Part shown: piece after piece, positions 43,574 to 53,215 of the stretch
How positions within the stretch are numbered: the stretch's first letter is position 1
Layout: each line of letters starts with the position of its first letter
Source: a virus
DNA length: 64,000 nucleotides
Reading direction: 5' to 3' (one strand)
IMG/VR virus record: IMGVR_UViG_3300016476_000657
Coordinates: 6,583 to 70,582 of that record
Translations under genes and position numbers: made by a program
Notes under the pieces: model-generated
What the model was told of the DNA's origin: nothing
The model's database searches: none
Seen by the model: the letters and a program-made list of their open reading frames with translations, nothing else

Positions 43574-44379
43574 TGGCTCTCAAAGAAGGTGATCTTAAAG
43601 ACGTAGTTCTAAAGAAAATTAGCATTGATGAGTTCGAACCTAAGACAGGCGATGCTAAAGATGTGTTAGTAATGGGATTCCAAGTTACTGAAAGTAATGT
43701 GGGCGATGATCTATACGGTTTCCTAAATGGATCAAACGTTACCATTAGAGATATTGAAGTAAGCCCAAACCCAAACGATGATGGCTTCTACATGGTATTC
43801 GTTGAACTTGACCGTAACGATAGTGTTGTAGAATCTATCAAAACATTATTACGTGATACTGAACGCCTAGCAGGTAAGTTACGCTGGGAAGCGAAAACTT
43901 ATCTAAATGATGACTATCTTCCTCTATCAGAAGATGAGATTTATCAGTACATCATTACTGATCCAAGTAACTATATGACCAGAGAAGAATTTGAAGCTAA
44001 ACGAGAAGTTGAAGAAGCAGCACGTTTAGAAGAAGAACAGCGTCTAGCTGAAGAAGCAGCAGCACAAGATGCAAGTAATAATATTCTAGAATTTTTAAAA
44101 GATAGCAATCTATTACAAGCCGGCGTGAACGAAGGACGCCTTGTATTACAAGATTCGAGAAACGTTATTGCATTAGAAATTGTTGATTTTGGACCAAGCG
44201 AAGATGTAATGCTCAAGCACGGCATTAAAGAAAGTGCTATTAAATTTGATTTCGATAAGGTACTATTTGGTAGATTAAAAAGTATGTTAGGTGAAATGGC
44301 AGCATTGCCAATTGACCAGTACGTTGTTATCTATAATCCAGCAAAGCAAGATAATGTCTTGCTTGCTAAAGCAACCTAA
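43573..44379 (+). CDS. Conserved hypothetical late protein
   Basis: TAATG coupling; ISIDEFEPKTGD...VFVELDR. Confidence 0.7.
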   Translation: MALKEGDLKDVVLKKISIDEFEPKTGDAKDVLVMGFQVTESNVGDDLYGFLNGSNVTIRDIEVSPNPNDDGFYMVFVELDRNDSVVESIKTLLRDTERLAGKLRWEAKTYLNDDYLPLSEDEIYQYIITDPSNYMTREEFEAKREVEEAARLEEEQRLAEEAAAQDASNNILEFLKDSNLLQAGVNEGRLVLQDSRNVIALEIVDFGPSEDVMLKHGIKESAIKFDFDKVLFGRLKSMLGEMAALPIDQYVVIYNPAKQDNVLLAKAT

Positions 44380-44429
44380 TTTAGCCGAAAGGTAAAATAT
44401 CGAAAACACAGGACAGGAGTAATTAGGCC

Positions 44430-44915
44430 ATGATGATGTGGTTGTTCTTTTGGATCATTGGAAAAATACCTGCAACATTCTGGCTCATTATGGCTTGTGT
44501 TGGTGTTGCACTTTTCTTTGCAGCAGGCATATTAGGAAAACTTCCTCCTTTCAAAGCCTACTCATTCTTTATCAAACCCCTTAGTGTTATAATGGCTGTA
44601 CTAGGAATCTATATGTACGGCGGCGCAAGTATCAATGATCATTACCAAAAACTAATCAAAGAGTACGAGCAAAAGATTGCTATTGCTGAACAACAAAGTG
44701 CAGCAGTTAATACAGTAATCGAAGAACGTGTTAAGTACCAAACACAAGTTATTAGAGATAACCAAATAGTTTATCAAGATAGAATCATCGAAGTAGCCAA
44801 AGAAGTAGACGGCCAATGTAAACTTGATCCTAGAGTTGCCGAAATACTTAACGGTGCTACTATCTATCCAATTACAAAGTCTGCACCAGACGCAGATAAG
44901 AAGGACACAAAATGA
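44430..44915 (+). CDS. Inner-membrane spanin (Rz-like)
   Basis: N-terminal TM helices, YMYGG, periplasmic coiled coil, CKLDP; directly precedes a lipoprotein. Confidence 0.65.
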   Translation: MMMWLFFWIIGKIPATFWLIMACVGVALFFAAGILGKLPPFKAYSFFIKPLSVIMAVLGIYMYGGASINDHYQKLIKEYEQKIAIAEQQSAAVNTVIEERVKYQTQVIRDNQIVYQDRIIEVAKEVDGQCKLDPRVAEILNGATIYPITKSAPDADKKDTK

Positions 44916-45193
44916 AAAAACTATTATTGATTCCAATGCTGGTTATTATGTCTGGATGTGCAACAAAGGTGCCTGTTGCCATGAAATTCCCTGCCGCACC
45001 TGAAAGTCTGCTAATTACTTGTAAGGATCTCGATCAAGTAAAACCTAATGAAGAACAACTCAGCGAGATGCTTAAAGTAGTTGTTAAGAATTACGGACAA
45101 TATCACGAGTGCAGAGCAAAAGTTGAAGCGTGGATAGATTGGTATAACCAGCAAAAAGAAATACACGATTCAGTTACCGGTAAAGGGAAATAA
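44912..45193 (+). CDS. Outer-membrane spanin lipoprotein (Rz1-like)
   Basis: Signal II with lipobox MSG-C, Pro-rich PAAPESLLITC, NYGQYHECRAK. Confidence 0.7.
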   Translation: MKKLLLIPMLVIMSGCATKVPVAMKFPAAPESLLITCKDLDQVKPNEEQLSEMLKVVVKNYGQYHECRAKVEAWIDWYNQQKEIHDSVTGKGK

Positions 45194-45197
45194 ACAC

Positions 45198-45470
45198 ATG
45201 CGTAAATGGTTTTTTGAACTGTTTGAACAAAAGGCAGCAAATAGACTCAAGTTAATGTTTATGGATTCGCAGAGATTAATTTCTGAGTCCGAAAGTGAGA
45301 TTGCTAAGTGGGAAGCTCTAATTAAAAATGAACGTGAGTTTCTTGCTAAGGTAGTAGCGAAGAATCAATCAATTGCAATCGAGCGTGCTAAGTTAGCTAG
45401 AAAAGAAGCTGACGAGCGTCTCAAGGAAATTGCAGCAGCAACCAATTTAGCGAACAAGTATAAAAAATGA
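45198..45470 (+). CDS. Hypothetical coiled-coil protein
   Basis: 90-aa ORF. Confidence 0.55.
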   Translation: MRKWFFELFEQKAANRLKLMFMDSQRLISESESEIAKWEALIKNEREFLAKVVAKNQSIAIERAKLARKEADERLKEIAAATNLANKYKK

Positions 45471-45781
45471 CAAGAACAAAAGAAGAAATCGTAGCAGCCA
45501 TTGTTGAGCAGCTAGACGAAAAAGTAGCACCCATGGTAGACCAACACGGCGGCATTGTCAAGTTTATTGACTTTGACATGGAGAATGGTTATGTTGAACT
45601 CATGCTTAGTGGTTCTTGCAGCGGCTGTGCTGGTAGCAGTATGACACTAAAGTACGGTATTGAAAACCTACTAATGCACTATGTTCCTGAAGTAAAAGGT
45701 GTAATTGGTCACCATGATCCAATGACCATGAGTCAACCATATTTCCAACCTAATTTATTTAATCCTACATTTGATCGTTGA
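45467..45781 (+). CDS. Nfu/NifU C-terminal domain Fe-S carrier
   Basis: VAPMVDQHGGIVKF...LSGSCSGCAGSSMTLKYGIENLL..YVPEV. Confidence 0.9.
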   Translation: MTRTKEEIVAAIVEQLDEKVAPMVDQHGGIVKFIDFDMENGYVELMLSGSCSGCAGSSMTLKYGIENLLMHYVPEVKGVIGHHDPMTMSQPYFQPNLFNPTFDR

Positions 45782-45806
45782 CATTCGCGCCTGTTGGTAA
45801 TATAAT
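45778..45806 (+). promoter_or_regulatory. Sigma70 consensus promoter
   Basis: TTGACA-17-TATAAT. Confidence 0.8.
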
Positions 45807-45812
45807 AGTATA

Positions 45813-46631
45813 ATGGACTATTATCAAATACTAGGCGTAAATAGAAATTCCTCACCAGAAGAATTAAAACAAGCCTATAGAAAACTTGCAATGCAACATC
45901 ACCCCGATCGGGGTGGTGATGAAAACGAGTTTAAGAAAATCAGCGAAGCATACGATGTTCTCAGCAACCCTGAGAAGAAAGCATCATATGATAATCCAAG
46001 ACAAGCATACGGTGATTGGCGCGGCCCATTTGATCCAGGTGAACCTTTTGACTTTGAAGATATACTTCGGCAAGCTAGATCAGCATTCCACGAAAATCGA
46101 CGACAGGCCCGAAACCCTGATGCAATAACTGATGTTAATGTAAGCCTTAGTCAGGTCTTCACTGGCACTGATATGTTAGTTGATGTTGGTTATACTAGAG
46201 AAGTAATTTATATCAACCCAGGTGTTAAGAACGGCACTAAGTTAAGGTTAAAAGGAAAAGGGCCTAGTCGTTATAAAGATATGCTGCCCGGAGATCTCAT
46301 TGTTCGTGTAAATGTTGAACTACCACATAACACAGCAATTGACGGAAATCATTTTTTTGTTAAAATAGATGTTAATGCGTTGTCTGCAATTGTAGGCACT
46401 ACAATAGATTACCGACATCCAACAGGATCTGATTTAAAAATTACAGTACCCCCAGGAACACAGAATAATACTAAACTAAGATTACGTGGGTTAGGTGTAC
46501 CTGATTCTAATACACGGCAAAATGGAGATATGTTTGTCATAGTTAATGTTTTTATACCAAATGTAACAGATCCTACACACATTGAAGAATTAAATAAAAT
46601 TATTAAGGCAGGTAAATTTAATGAGCAATAA
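45813..46631 (+). CDS. DnaJ/CbpA-type co-chaperone (no zinc finger)
   Basis: J domain with HPD (HHPDRGG), C-terminal GKG...PGDL and GDMFV. Confidence 0.9.
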   Translation: MDYYQILGVNRNSSPEELKQAYRKLAMQHHPDRGGDENEFKKISEAYDVLSNPEKKASYDNPRQAYGDWRGPFDPGEPFDFEDILRQARSAFHENRRQARNPDAITDVNVSLSQVFTGTDMLVDVGYTREVIYINPGVKNGTKLRLKGKGPSRYKDMLPGDLIVRVNVELPHNTAIDGNHFFVKIDVNALSAIVGTTIDYRHPTGSDLKITVPPGTQNNTKLRLRGLGVPDSNTRQNGDMFVIVNVFIPNVTDPTHIEELNKIIKAGKFNEQ

Positions 46632-48825
46632 CACACAAGTAGAAAAGATCATTCACAGTGCAGCAGCGTTTGCTACAGAAAAAGGTCACGAATATATTTG
46701 CTTAGAGCATCTTGCATTATCACTTTTTGAAGACGATGACATTATTAGTCTTTGTAAAAATCTAAAAGTAGATCATACTCAGATCAAAGACGATCTAGTT
46801 AACTACCTAGCCGATAACGAGCTCAATGGACTTATTCCCACTAACGGTACTAAAGGGCTACCAAAAAAGACTGCTAGTTTAGATAGAGTTATTCAGAGGT
46901 CACTTGCACAAGTATTGTTTACTGGTCGTGATCGACTAAGCCCAATTGATGTACTAGTAAGTATTCTTACCGAAGACCAATGTCATGCAAAGTACTTCTG
47001 TGAAGTGAATGGGCTTGATAGAAATGTTATTATTCATTACATTGAACAGCAATCTAGGTCAGAAGAAAACACAGAGCTTCTGGAAGAGTTTACTACTAAC
47101 CTCAATCAGGAAGCAATGAATAGCAAGATCGATCCTCTTATTGGTCGACATGAAGAAGTAAGCGATCTGATTCATATTCTTGCTCGTCGCAAGAAGAATA
47201 ACTGTGTACTAGTAGGTGAGCCTGGTACAGGTAAGACTGCGATTGCAGAAGGCCTTGCAAAGAAGATCGTAGAGGGCGATGTGCCTGACATTCTTAAGAA
47301 CAAGGTCGTGTACAGCCTGGACATTGGTAACCTACTAGCTGGTACACGTTACCGCGGTGACTTTGAAGAACGAATCAAGGGTGTGCTACAAACGCTAGAA
47401 GCAAACCCAGATGCTATTTTGTTTATTGACGAAATTCATATGATTATGGGTGCAGGCAGTGCAGGTGGTAGCAGTGTTGACGTTGCTAACTTGATTAAGC
47501 CAGTACTTGGTAAGGGTCGTCTACTAACCATTGGTGCAACTACACCTGACGAGTTTGCAGACAGCTTTGAAAAGGATCGTGCATTGATGCGCCGCTTTGC
47601 ACGTTTAGAAATTGAAGAAACTAGCGTCGAAGACACTAAACTAATTGTCAAGGGGTTAAAGAATTACTACGAGGAATTCCACGGCGTTGAGTATGACGAC
47701 AAGATTCTAGACAAGAGTGTTGAGCTCGTTGATCGTTATGTAAAGACTAAGCACTTCCCCGATAAGGCGCTCGATGCTGTTGACGCCGCCGGTGCAGCCG
47801 TAAAGCTACGTGGGGAGAAAGTAGTAGCACTTAAAGACATTGTAACTGTTGTTGCTAAGACTAGTAAGATTGGGGTTGATGTAATTGACACCGAAAGCAC
47901 AACAGGTTACAAGAATCTAGACGGACGTATTAAGGGTACAGTATACGGACAGGATACAGCAGTTGATAAGATTGTAGAAGCTATCCTTGTTAGCAAGAGC
48001 GGACTACGTGAGCCTAATAAGCCTATCGGTAGCTTCCTCTTTGTAGGTCCAACTGGTACTGGTAAGACTGAAACAGCACGTTCACTAGCTAACGAGCTAC
48101 AAGCCAAGCTGGTTAAGTTTGATATGAGTGAATATCAAGAGCGTCACAGTGTTGCTAAACTAATTGGTGCACCTCCAGGTTATGTTGGCCATGCTGAAGG
48201 TAAGATGGGTCAAGGTCAGCTAATTGCCGCAGTCGAAGATAGCCCTAACTGTGTTCTACTGCTAGACGAAGTTGAAAAGGCTGCACCAGAAGTACTACAG
48301 GTTCTACTACAGGTAATGGATGATGGACGACTAACCAGTGCTACAGGTAAGACTGTAGATTTCACTAACGTCATCCTTATTATGACATCTAACCTTGGTG
48401 CTGCTAATGCAGAGAAGCGTAAGATTGGTTTCGGCGACAGTGTTAAGGCAGGTGAGATTAGCAAAGCTATCGAAAACTTCTTTACTCCAGAATTCCGTAA
48501 CCGACTAGATGCAGTTGTTGAGTTCAGCAAGCTAGACAAGACTATGATGCTCAAGATTGTTGACCGTCTAGTTGTAGATACTAACAAGCTACTAAGCGGT
48601 AACGACAGCAGTGTACGTATTGCTATTACAGAAATTTGTCGTCAGCAGCTTGCAGAGGATGGTTATGAGCCTAGTATGGGCGCAAGACCATTGAAGCGTG
48701 TCTTTGAAGAAAAGATTAAGAAGCCACTCAGTAGAAAAATCTTATTTGATAATCTGGCTGATTGCACAGTAGAAGTTAATTATGACAAAGAAACAGCTAC
48801 ATACAATTTCGCAGTCCAACATTAA
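46621..48825 (+). CDS. clpA: ClpA-like Hsp100 ATPase
   Basis: Clp N domain, two AAA modules ([14 protein letters not shown]; [15 protein letters not shown]), IGF ClpP-docking loop (KIGFGD), no ClpB middle domain. Confidence 0.9.
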   Translation: MSNNTQVEKIIHSAAAFATEKGHEYICLEHLALSLFEDDDIISLCKNLKVDHTQIKDDLVNYLADNELNGLIPTNGTKGLPKKTASLDRVIQRSLAQVLFTGRDRLSPIDVLVSILTEDQCHAKYFCEVNGLDRNVIIHYIEQQSRSEENTELLEEFTTNLNQEAMNSKIDPLIGRHEEVSDLIHILARRKKNNCVLVGEPGTGKTAIAEGLAKKIVEGDVPDILKNKVVYSLDIGNLLAGTRYRGDFEERIKGVLQTLEANPDAILFIDEIHMIMGAGSAGGSSVDVANLIKPVLGKGRLLTIGATTPDEFADSFEKDRALMRRFARLEIEETSVEDTKLIVKGLKNYYEEFHGVEYDDKILDKSVELVDRYVKTKHFPDKALDAVDAAGAAVKLRGEKVVALKDIVTVVAKTSKIGVDVIDTESTTGYKNLDGRIKGTVYGQDTAVDKIVEAILVSKSGLREPNKPIGSFLFVGPTGTGKTETARSLANELQAKLVKFDMSEYQERHSVAKLIGAPPGYVGHAEGKMGQGQLIAAVEDSPNCVLLLDEVEKAAPEVLQVLLQVMDDGRLTSATGKTVDFTNVILIMTSNLGAANAEKRKIGFGDSVKAGEISKAIENFFTPEFRNRLDAVVEFSKLDKTMMLKIVDRLVVDTNKLLSGNDSSVRIAITEICRQQLAEDGYEPSMGARPLKRVFEEKIKKPLSRKILFDNLADCTVEVNYDKETATYNFAVQH

Positions 48826-49486
48826 AATTTTATCAAAGAAGGCAATATCTAAAACGGTATTGCCTTCTAACAATATCTATTTTAACCGATATCCGTATAA
48901 AGTTGTATTTGATTTACAATTTGATGCTGATAGGACTTATCGCGAACAATTGTTAGACTTTAAATTTGATCTAACAAACTTTACCGAAGAAGCTCTTAAG
49001 TATCCTACTAGATCCCTTATGAGTACCCAGACACCTAGTTTGTTTATTCACGATTATAAGGATCTGTTAGTAACACTAGCTTATTACAAGGACCAGATAA
49101 GTGAAGTACATGGTCCAAGTTCAAAAGAGCATTTAGAGTTACTATTATCCAATACTTATAGATGTCAGGCTAAAGAACGCTTGTGGTACGGTATCTACGA
49201 TTGTAAGGTTGAAACATGGTTGCCTTTTAGGTTGCGTACTAATCAGCATATAAACATTGGTAGCTTTAATTCAATATTGACCCCGCCTGAAGTAGATGAA
49301 GAAGTAGTGTCTATAATTAATTACATTAAGGACAATGTAAATACTCATGTGCCAAAGCAGACTGGGAGATACATCTCTACACTGTATTGTAAATTTGAAG
49401 AATTTTTAAACATCTTGCCATTCGTTAAAATGAGTTACCCGAAACATAAGATGTTGATTACTAAAGCTATACTTAGCACTAAGTGA
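48782..49486 (+). CDS. Hypothetical protein
   Basis: 234-aa ORF overlapping the clpA end. Confidence 0.55.
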   Translation: MTKKQLHTISQSNIKILSKKAISKTVLPSNNIYFNRYPYKVVFDLQFDADRTYREQLLDFKFDLTNFTEEALKYPTRSLMSTQTPSLFIHDYKDLLVTLAYYKDQISEVHGPSSKEHLELLLSNTYRCQAKERLWYGIYDCKVETWLPFRLRTNQHINIGSFNSILTPPEVDEEVVSIINYIKDNVNTHVPKQTGRYISTLYCKFEEFLNILPFVKMSYPKHKMLITKAILSTK

Positions 49487-49492
49487 TAAATA
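49485..49492 (+). promoter_or_regulatory. T4-late-like promoter GATAAATA
   Basis: Upstream of the structural block. Confidence 0.6.
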
Positions 49493-49518
49493 TATTGATA
49501 TAGCTTTTAGGAATCACT

Positions 49519-49932
49519 ATGCCAATAAACCGTAGAAGTGTAACAATAATGGGTGCCAGCGGCACAGATATGAACAAGTATAGCGAAGTCGCTAAAGGTG
49601 ACAGCTATTACGGCTACACCGACGGATTCCATACTATTCAGGTGATCTATAACCAATTTGTTGGCAGATTAAGAATACAAGGTACATTAAGTTTAAATCC
49701 AATCGACTCTGATTGGTTTGACATCGTTCCTAGCACTACTAGTGGTAGTTCGTGGAACCCAGCTGGTTACATTCAGTTCAATGCAAACGAACCGGCAGAT
49801 TTATCAGAAGCATACAGTTTCCAGGGAAACTTCACGTTTATACGTGTATATATGGACCGTGAGCACGTTGGTGATGGTGCTACATACGATAGTTCATATG
49901 GTCAAGTAAGCCGAGTTATTCTATCTAGCTAA
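49519..49932 (+). CDS. Putative virion protein
   Basis: KGDSYYGYTDGFHT...IQGTL..NP..SDWF...FQGNFTFIR; late box. Confidence 0.6.
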   Translation: MPINRRSVTIMGASGTDMNKYSEVAKGDSYYGYTDGFHTIQVIYNQFVGRLRIQGTLSLNPIDSDWFDIVPSTTSGSSWNPAGYIQFNANEPADLSEAYSFQGNFTFIRVYMDREHVGDGATYDSSYGQVSRVILSS

Positions 49933-49936
49933 AAGT

Positions 49937-49944
49937 GATAAATA
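49937..49944 (+). promoter_or_regulatory. T4-late-like promoter GATAAATA
   Basis: Intergenic. Confidence 0.6.
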
Positions 49945-49986
49945 GTTGTAATAAACAGCTATATTACTTTGCTGATAGGATGGCAG

Positions 49987-52900
49987 ATGGCAAACACCTT
50001 TATAGATTTAAACGATACCCCTTCAGATTATTCCGGACAAGGATCTAAGTTTGTCCGCGTAAACGCTGATGGCAATGCGCTGGTTTTTGGATTCGTTGAG
50101 CTAAATGATTTAGTTGACGTTCAAACAAACCTCGCATATACTCCTTCAGGTGGCCAAGCATTAATTTACAGTTCAGCAGCAGGTAAATGGCGTCCTGGCA
50201 CTATGGATGTTTATAGTGCAGGCAACGGTTTAAATAAAAATGCACTAACACTTAACGTAGTAGCTGGCGCTGGCGGCGGGTTAACATCTAATTCAGATGG
50301 TGTTTACATTACTGATATTATTGGTGTATCTGGTACTTGGGGCAACGCTAGTCACGTACCTGTGTTAACTATTAATAGTAAAGGTCAGGTAACAGGTGTA
50401 ACACCTACACTAATTACTGCAACACAAGCTGAAACTATTACAAGTGCATTCGTTGGTAACGTAATTGGTACTCCAGGACAAATTCGTGTTGTTGGTGGTA
50501 CAGGTAATAATTCAAATGCAACAATTGACTTAGTTGCAACTGGTGTAACCGCAGCAACATACGGTAACGCAACTCACTTACCACAAATTACTGTTGACTC
50601 GTACGGTCGAATCCAGAATGTTGACTTAGTTCAAATTTCTGGTGTTATTGGCGGCGGCACAGGAACAGGTAATGCGCTTGGCTTTGCAAATATTGTAGTA
50701 GCTGGACAAACAACTGTTAGTGCAGAAACACCTGCTGATACTTTAACATTTGTTGCAGGTCCTGGTGTTTCTATCTCTACTCAAGCTAATGCTGATACAA
50801 TTACATTTGGCATGGATACTAGCACTGTTGCTAGTGCTATTAGCTTATCAGATTTAAACGATGTTGATGCTAGTGGAATTACTAACGGCCAAGTATTAAT
50901 TTGGAACGGTTCAACTGGTAAGTTTGAAGCTGGCACAATCACCGGTGATGGCGCAGGTGGTAATGTTGATCTAACTGACTTTAGTGTTGTAACAGCAAGT
51001 CCAAACGGCAATGGTAGCTTGGTGTACAATAATGCAGGTGTATTTACATTTACTCCTGCAAATATACAAGCTACTGCACAGTCATTAAGTTGGAACTCAT
51101 CGACCTATGTATTAAGTCTTAGCGGTGGTAACTCAGTTAACCTAAGCGTTCTTAAAGATAACACTGATTCACAGACATTAAGTTTATCAGGTAACGTTAT
51201 TACTATTAGTGGTAGTAATAGTTCAGTTAACTTAACTTCTGTATTAGGCAGTGTTGCAGGTAACTATGGTAACAGTAATGTTGCAGCATACCTAAACACA
51301 AACAGTTATGCTACGCAAACTTATGTTAATAATGCAATTGCAAACATTGCGCCATCAAGTAGTTATGGTGATAGTAATGTATTAAATCTACTTGGTGCTG
51401 TAAGTACCAATATTGTTCCTAGTGCTAATAATGTTTATAGTTTAGGTACAGCATCAAACAGATGGACTGAGCTGCATCTTTCAGGTAATTCAATTTACTT
51501 AAACGGTAGCACATTAAGTGCTGATACAAACTTAAAATATAACGGCACAAACCTTGCTACTGAAAATTATGTAGACATCGCAATTAACGACTTAGTAAAT
51601 GGCGCATCGGCTGCACTAGATACATTAGGTGAAATCGCTAATGTACTTAATAATAGTAATGGTAGTTTATCAACAGTAGCATTTAGTGGTGATTATGCTG
51701 ATCTAAATAATAGACCAACAATGAGTGTTGTTGGCAATACCTATCTAGTATACGATGGGTCAAATATTGATCTCAGTGGTGTTGTAGGGCAAAAAGGTGA
51801 TAAAGGTGATACTGGTGTAAGTGTTAGCTCTGCTAGTGTAAACGGTAGTGGCAACTTAGTTCTAACCCTTTCAAATGCTAGTACAATTGACGCTGGTAAT
51901 GTCCGCGGAACAAATGGTACTAACGGTACTAACGGTGTTAGTGTTACTAACGCAACCGTTACTGGTGCTAACTTAATCATTACATTAAGCAACAGCACTA
52001 CAATCAATGCCGGTAATGTACAAGGACCTAAGGGCGATACTGGTAGTGCTGGTGTTGGTATTACAAGTGTAAACCTAGTAGGTAGCAACCTAGTACTAAA
52101 CTATTCAAATACTTCAACACAAGATGTTGGAAACATTCGTGGCCCACAAGGTACTGCTGGTACTAATGGTGTAAGTGTTAGCTCAGCCACGGTAAATGCT
52201 AGTGGTAATTTAGTAATTACACTAAGCAATACTGCAACAATTAATGCTGGTAACGTTCGCGGTGCAGATGGCGCATCAGGCATCCAGCTAACAAATCTCA
52301 GCGTTACAACAGCAAGTCCAAGTGGTAACGGCAGCTTAAGCTATAACAACACAACTGGTGTGTTTACATTTACTCCTGCTAACCTAAGCAGTGTAGCTGG
52401 TAACTACGGCAATAGCAACGTAGCAGCATATCTAGCTGCAAACGGTTACAGTAATGTTGACAGCGATGCACAAACGCTAACTCTAAGCGGCAGCAACCTA
52501 AGCATCAGCGGCGGCAATACTGTTGACTTAAGTGGCTTAGGTAGTGGTGGCGGAACTGGTGATATCACTAGTGTAGTAGCTGGAAATGGTTTAGTTGGCG
52601 GCGGCACAACAGGTGACGTCACATTAAACATTGGTGCTGGTACAGGCATTAGCGTTACTGCTGATGCAATTGCTCTTGCTAATAGTGGTGTAACTGCTGG
52701 TACATATGGTAGTGCTACAAAGAGTGCAAGGGTAACAATTGACCAATACGGGCGTGTTACTAGCGTTACTGAAGCAACTATTACTGGTGGTGGCACTGGT
52801 AGTAGTGGTGCTAAAGTTGAGCGATTTAAACTAAATTACACCAGCTCTGGTACGCTAGCAGGGACAGCAAACCTAAGTGCAGGTATTAGTAATGTAACAA

Positions 52901-53205
52901 TTGATAGCGCATCTGGTGGTGAATGTACAATTACTTTTGCTAACGGAACATATTTCTTACCTCCAGCAGGTATTATGTTCTATGGATACGATTATACTAA
53001 TAACAAATATCAAATTGTTCCAATGGAAACATCAATGGGATACAGAGAAGTCCCAGCAGGCGGCACTAGTGGTAGTCCAACACTATTCAATGGTGCCAGC
53101 CAAGTAGTAGTCAAGCTAAGATTACGTGAAGCTGAAACAGGCGCGAGCAGAGGTGGGTTTGGTACTACTACCCATGCATGGATTCAGTTTGTAATGTATG
53201 ATTAA
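49987..53205 (+). CDS. Long tail-fibre-like virion protein with collagen-like and tandem beta repeats
   Basis: G/T/S/N-rich; GQKGDKGDTG, GPKGDTG, GPQGTAG; four GVS..SA.VN.SGNL..TLSN...I.AGNV.G-type units; ATG at 49987 after ATAGGA. Confidence 0.7.
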   Translation: MANTFIDLNDTPSDYSGQGSKFVRVNADGNALVFGFVELNDLVDVQTNLAYTPSGGQALIYSSAAGKWRPGTMDVYSAGNGLNKNALTLNVVAGAGGGLTSNSDGVYITDIIGVSGTWGNASHVPVLTINSKGQVTGVTPTLITATQAETITSAFVGNVIGTPGQIRVVGGTGNNSNATIDLVATGVTAATYGNATHLPQITVDSYGRIQNVDLVQISGVIGGGTGTGNALGFANIVVAGQTTVSAETPADTLTFVAGPGVSISTQANADTITFGMDTSTVASAISLSDLNDVDASGITNGQVLIWNGSTGKFEAGTITGDGAGGNVDLTDFSVVTASPNGNGSLVYNNAGVFTFTPANIQATAQSLSWNSSTYVLSLSGGNSVNLSVLKDNTDSQTLSLSGNVITISGSNSSVNLTSVLGSVAGNYGNSNVAAYLNTNSYATQTYVNNAIANIAPSSSYGDSNVLNLLGAVSTNIVPSANNVYSLGTASNRWTELHLSGNSIYLNGSTLSADTNLKYNGTNLATENYVDIAINDLVNGASAALDTLGEIANVLNNSNGSLSTVAFSGDYADLNNRPTMSVVGNTYLVYDGSNIDLSGVVGQKGDKGDTGVSVSSASVNGSGNLVLTLSNASTIDAGNVRGTNGTNGTNGVSVTNATVTGANLIITLSNSTTINAGNVQGPKGDTGSAGVGITSVNLVGSNLVLNYSNTSTQDVGNIRGPQGTAGTNGVSVSSATVNASGNLVITLSNTATINAGNVRGADGASGIQLTNLSVTTASPSGNGSLSYNNTTGVFTFTPANLSSVAGNYGNSNVAAYLAANGYSNVDSDAQTLTLSGSNLSISGGNTVDLSGLGSGGGTGDITSVVAGNGLVGGGTTGDVTLNIGAGTGISVTADAIALANSGVTAGTYGSATKSARVTIDQYGRVTSVTEATITGGGTGSSGAKVERFKLNYTSSGTLAGTANLSAGISNVTIDSASGGECTITFANGTYFLPPAGIMFYGYDYTNNKYQIVPMETSMGYREVPAGGTSGSPTLFNGASQVVVKLRLREAETGASRGGFGTTTHAWIQFVMYD

Positions 53206-53215
53206 GGATTTCTAA

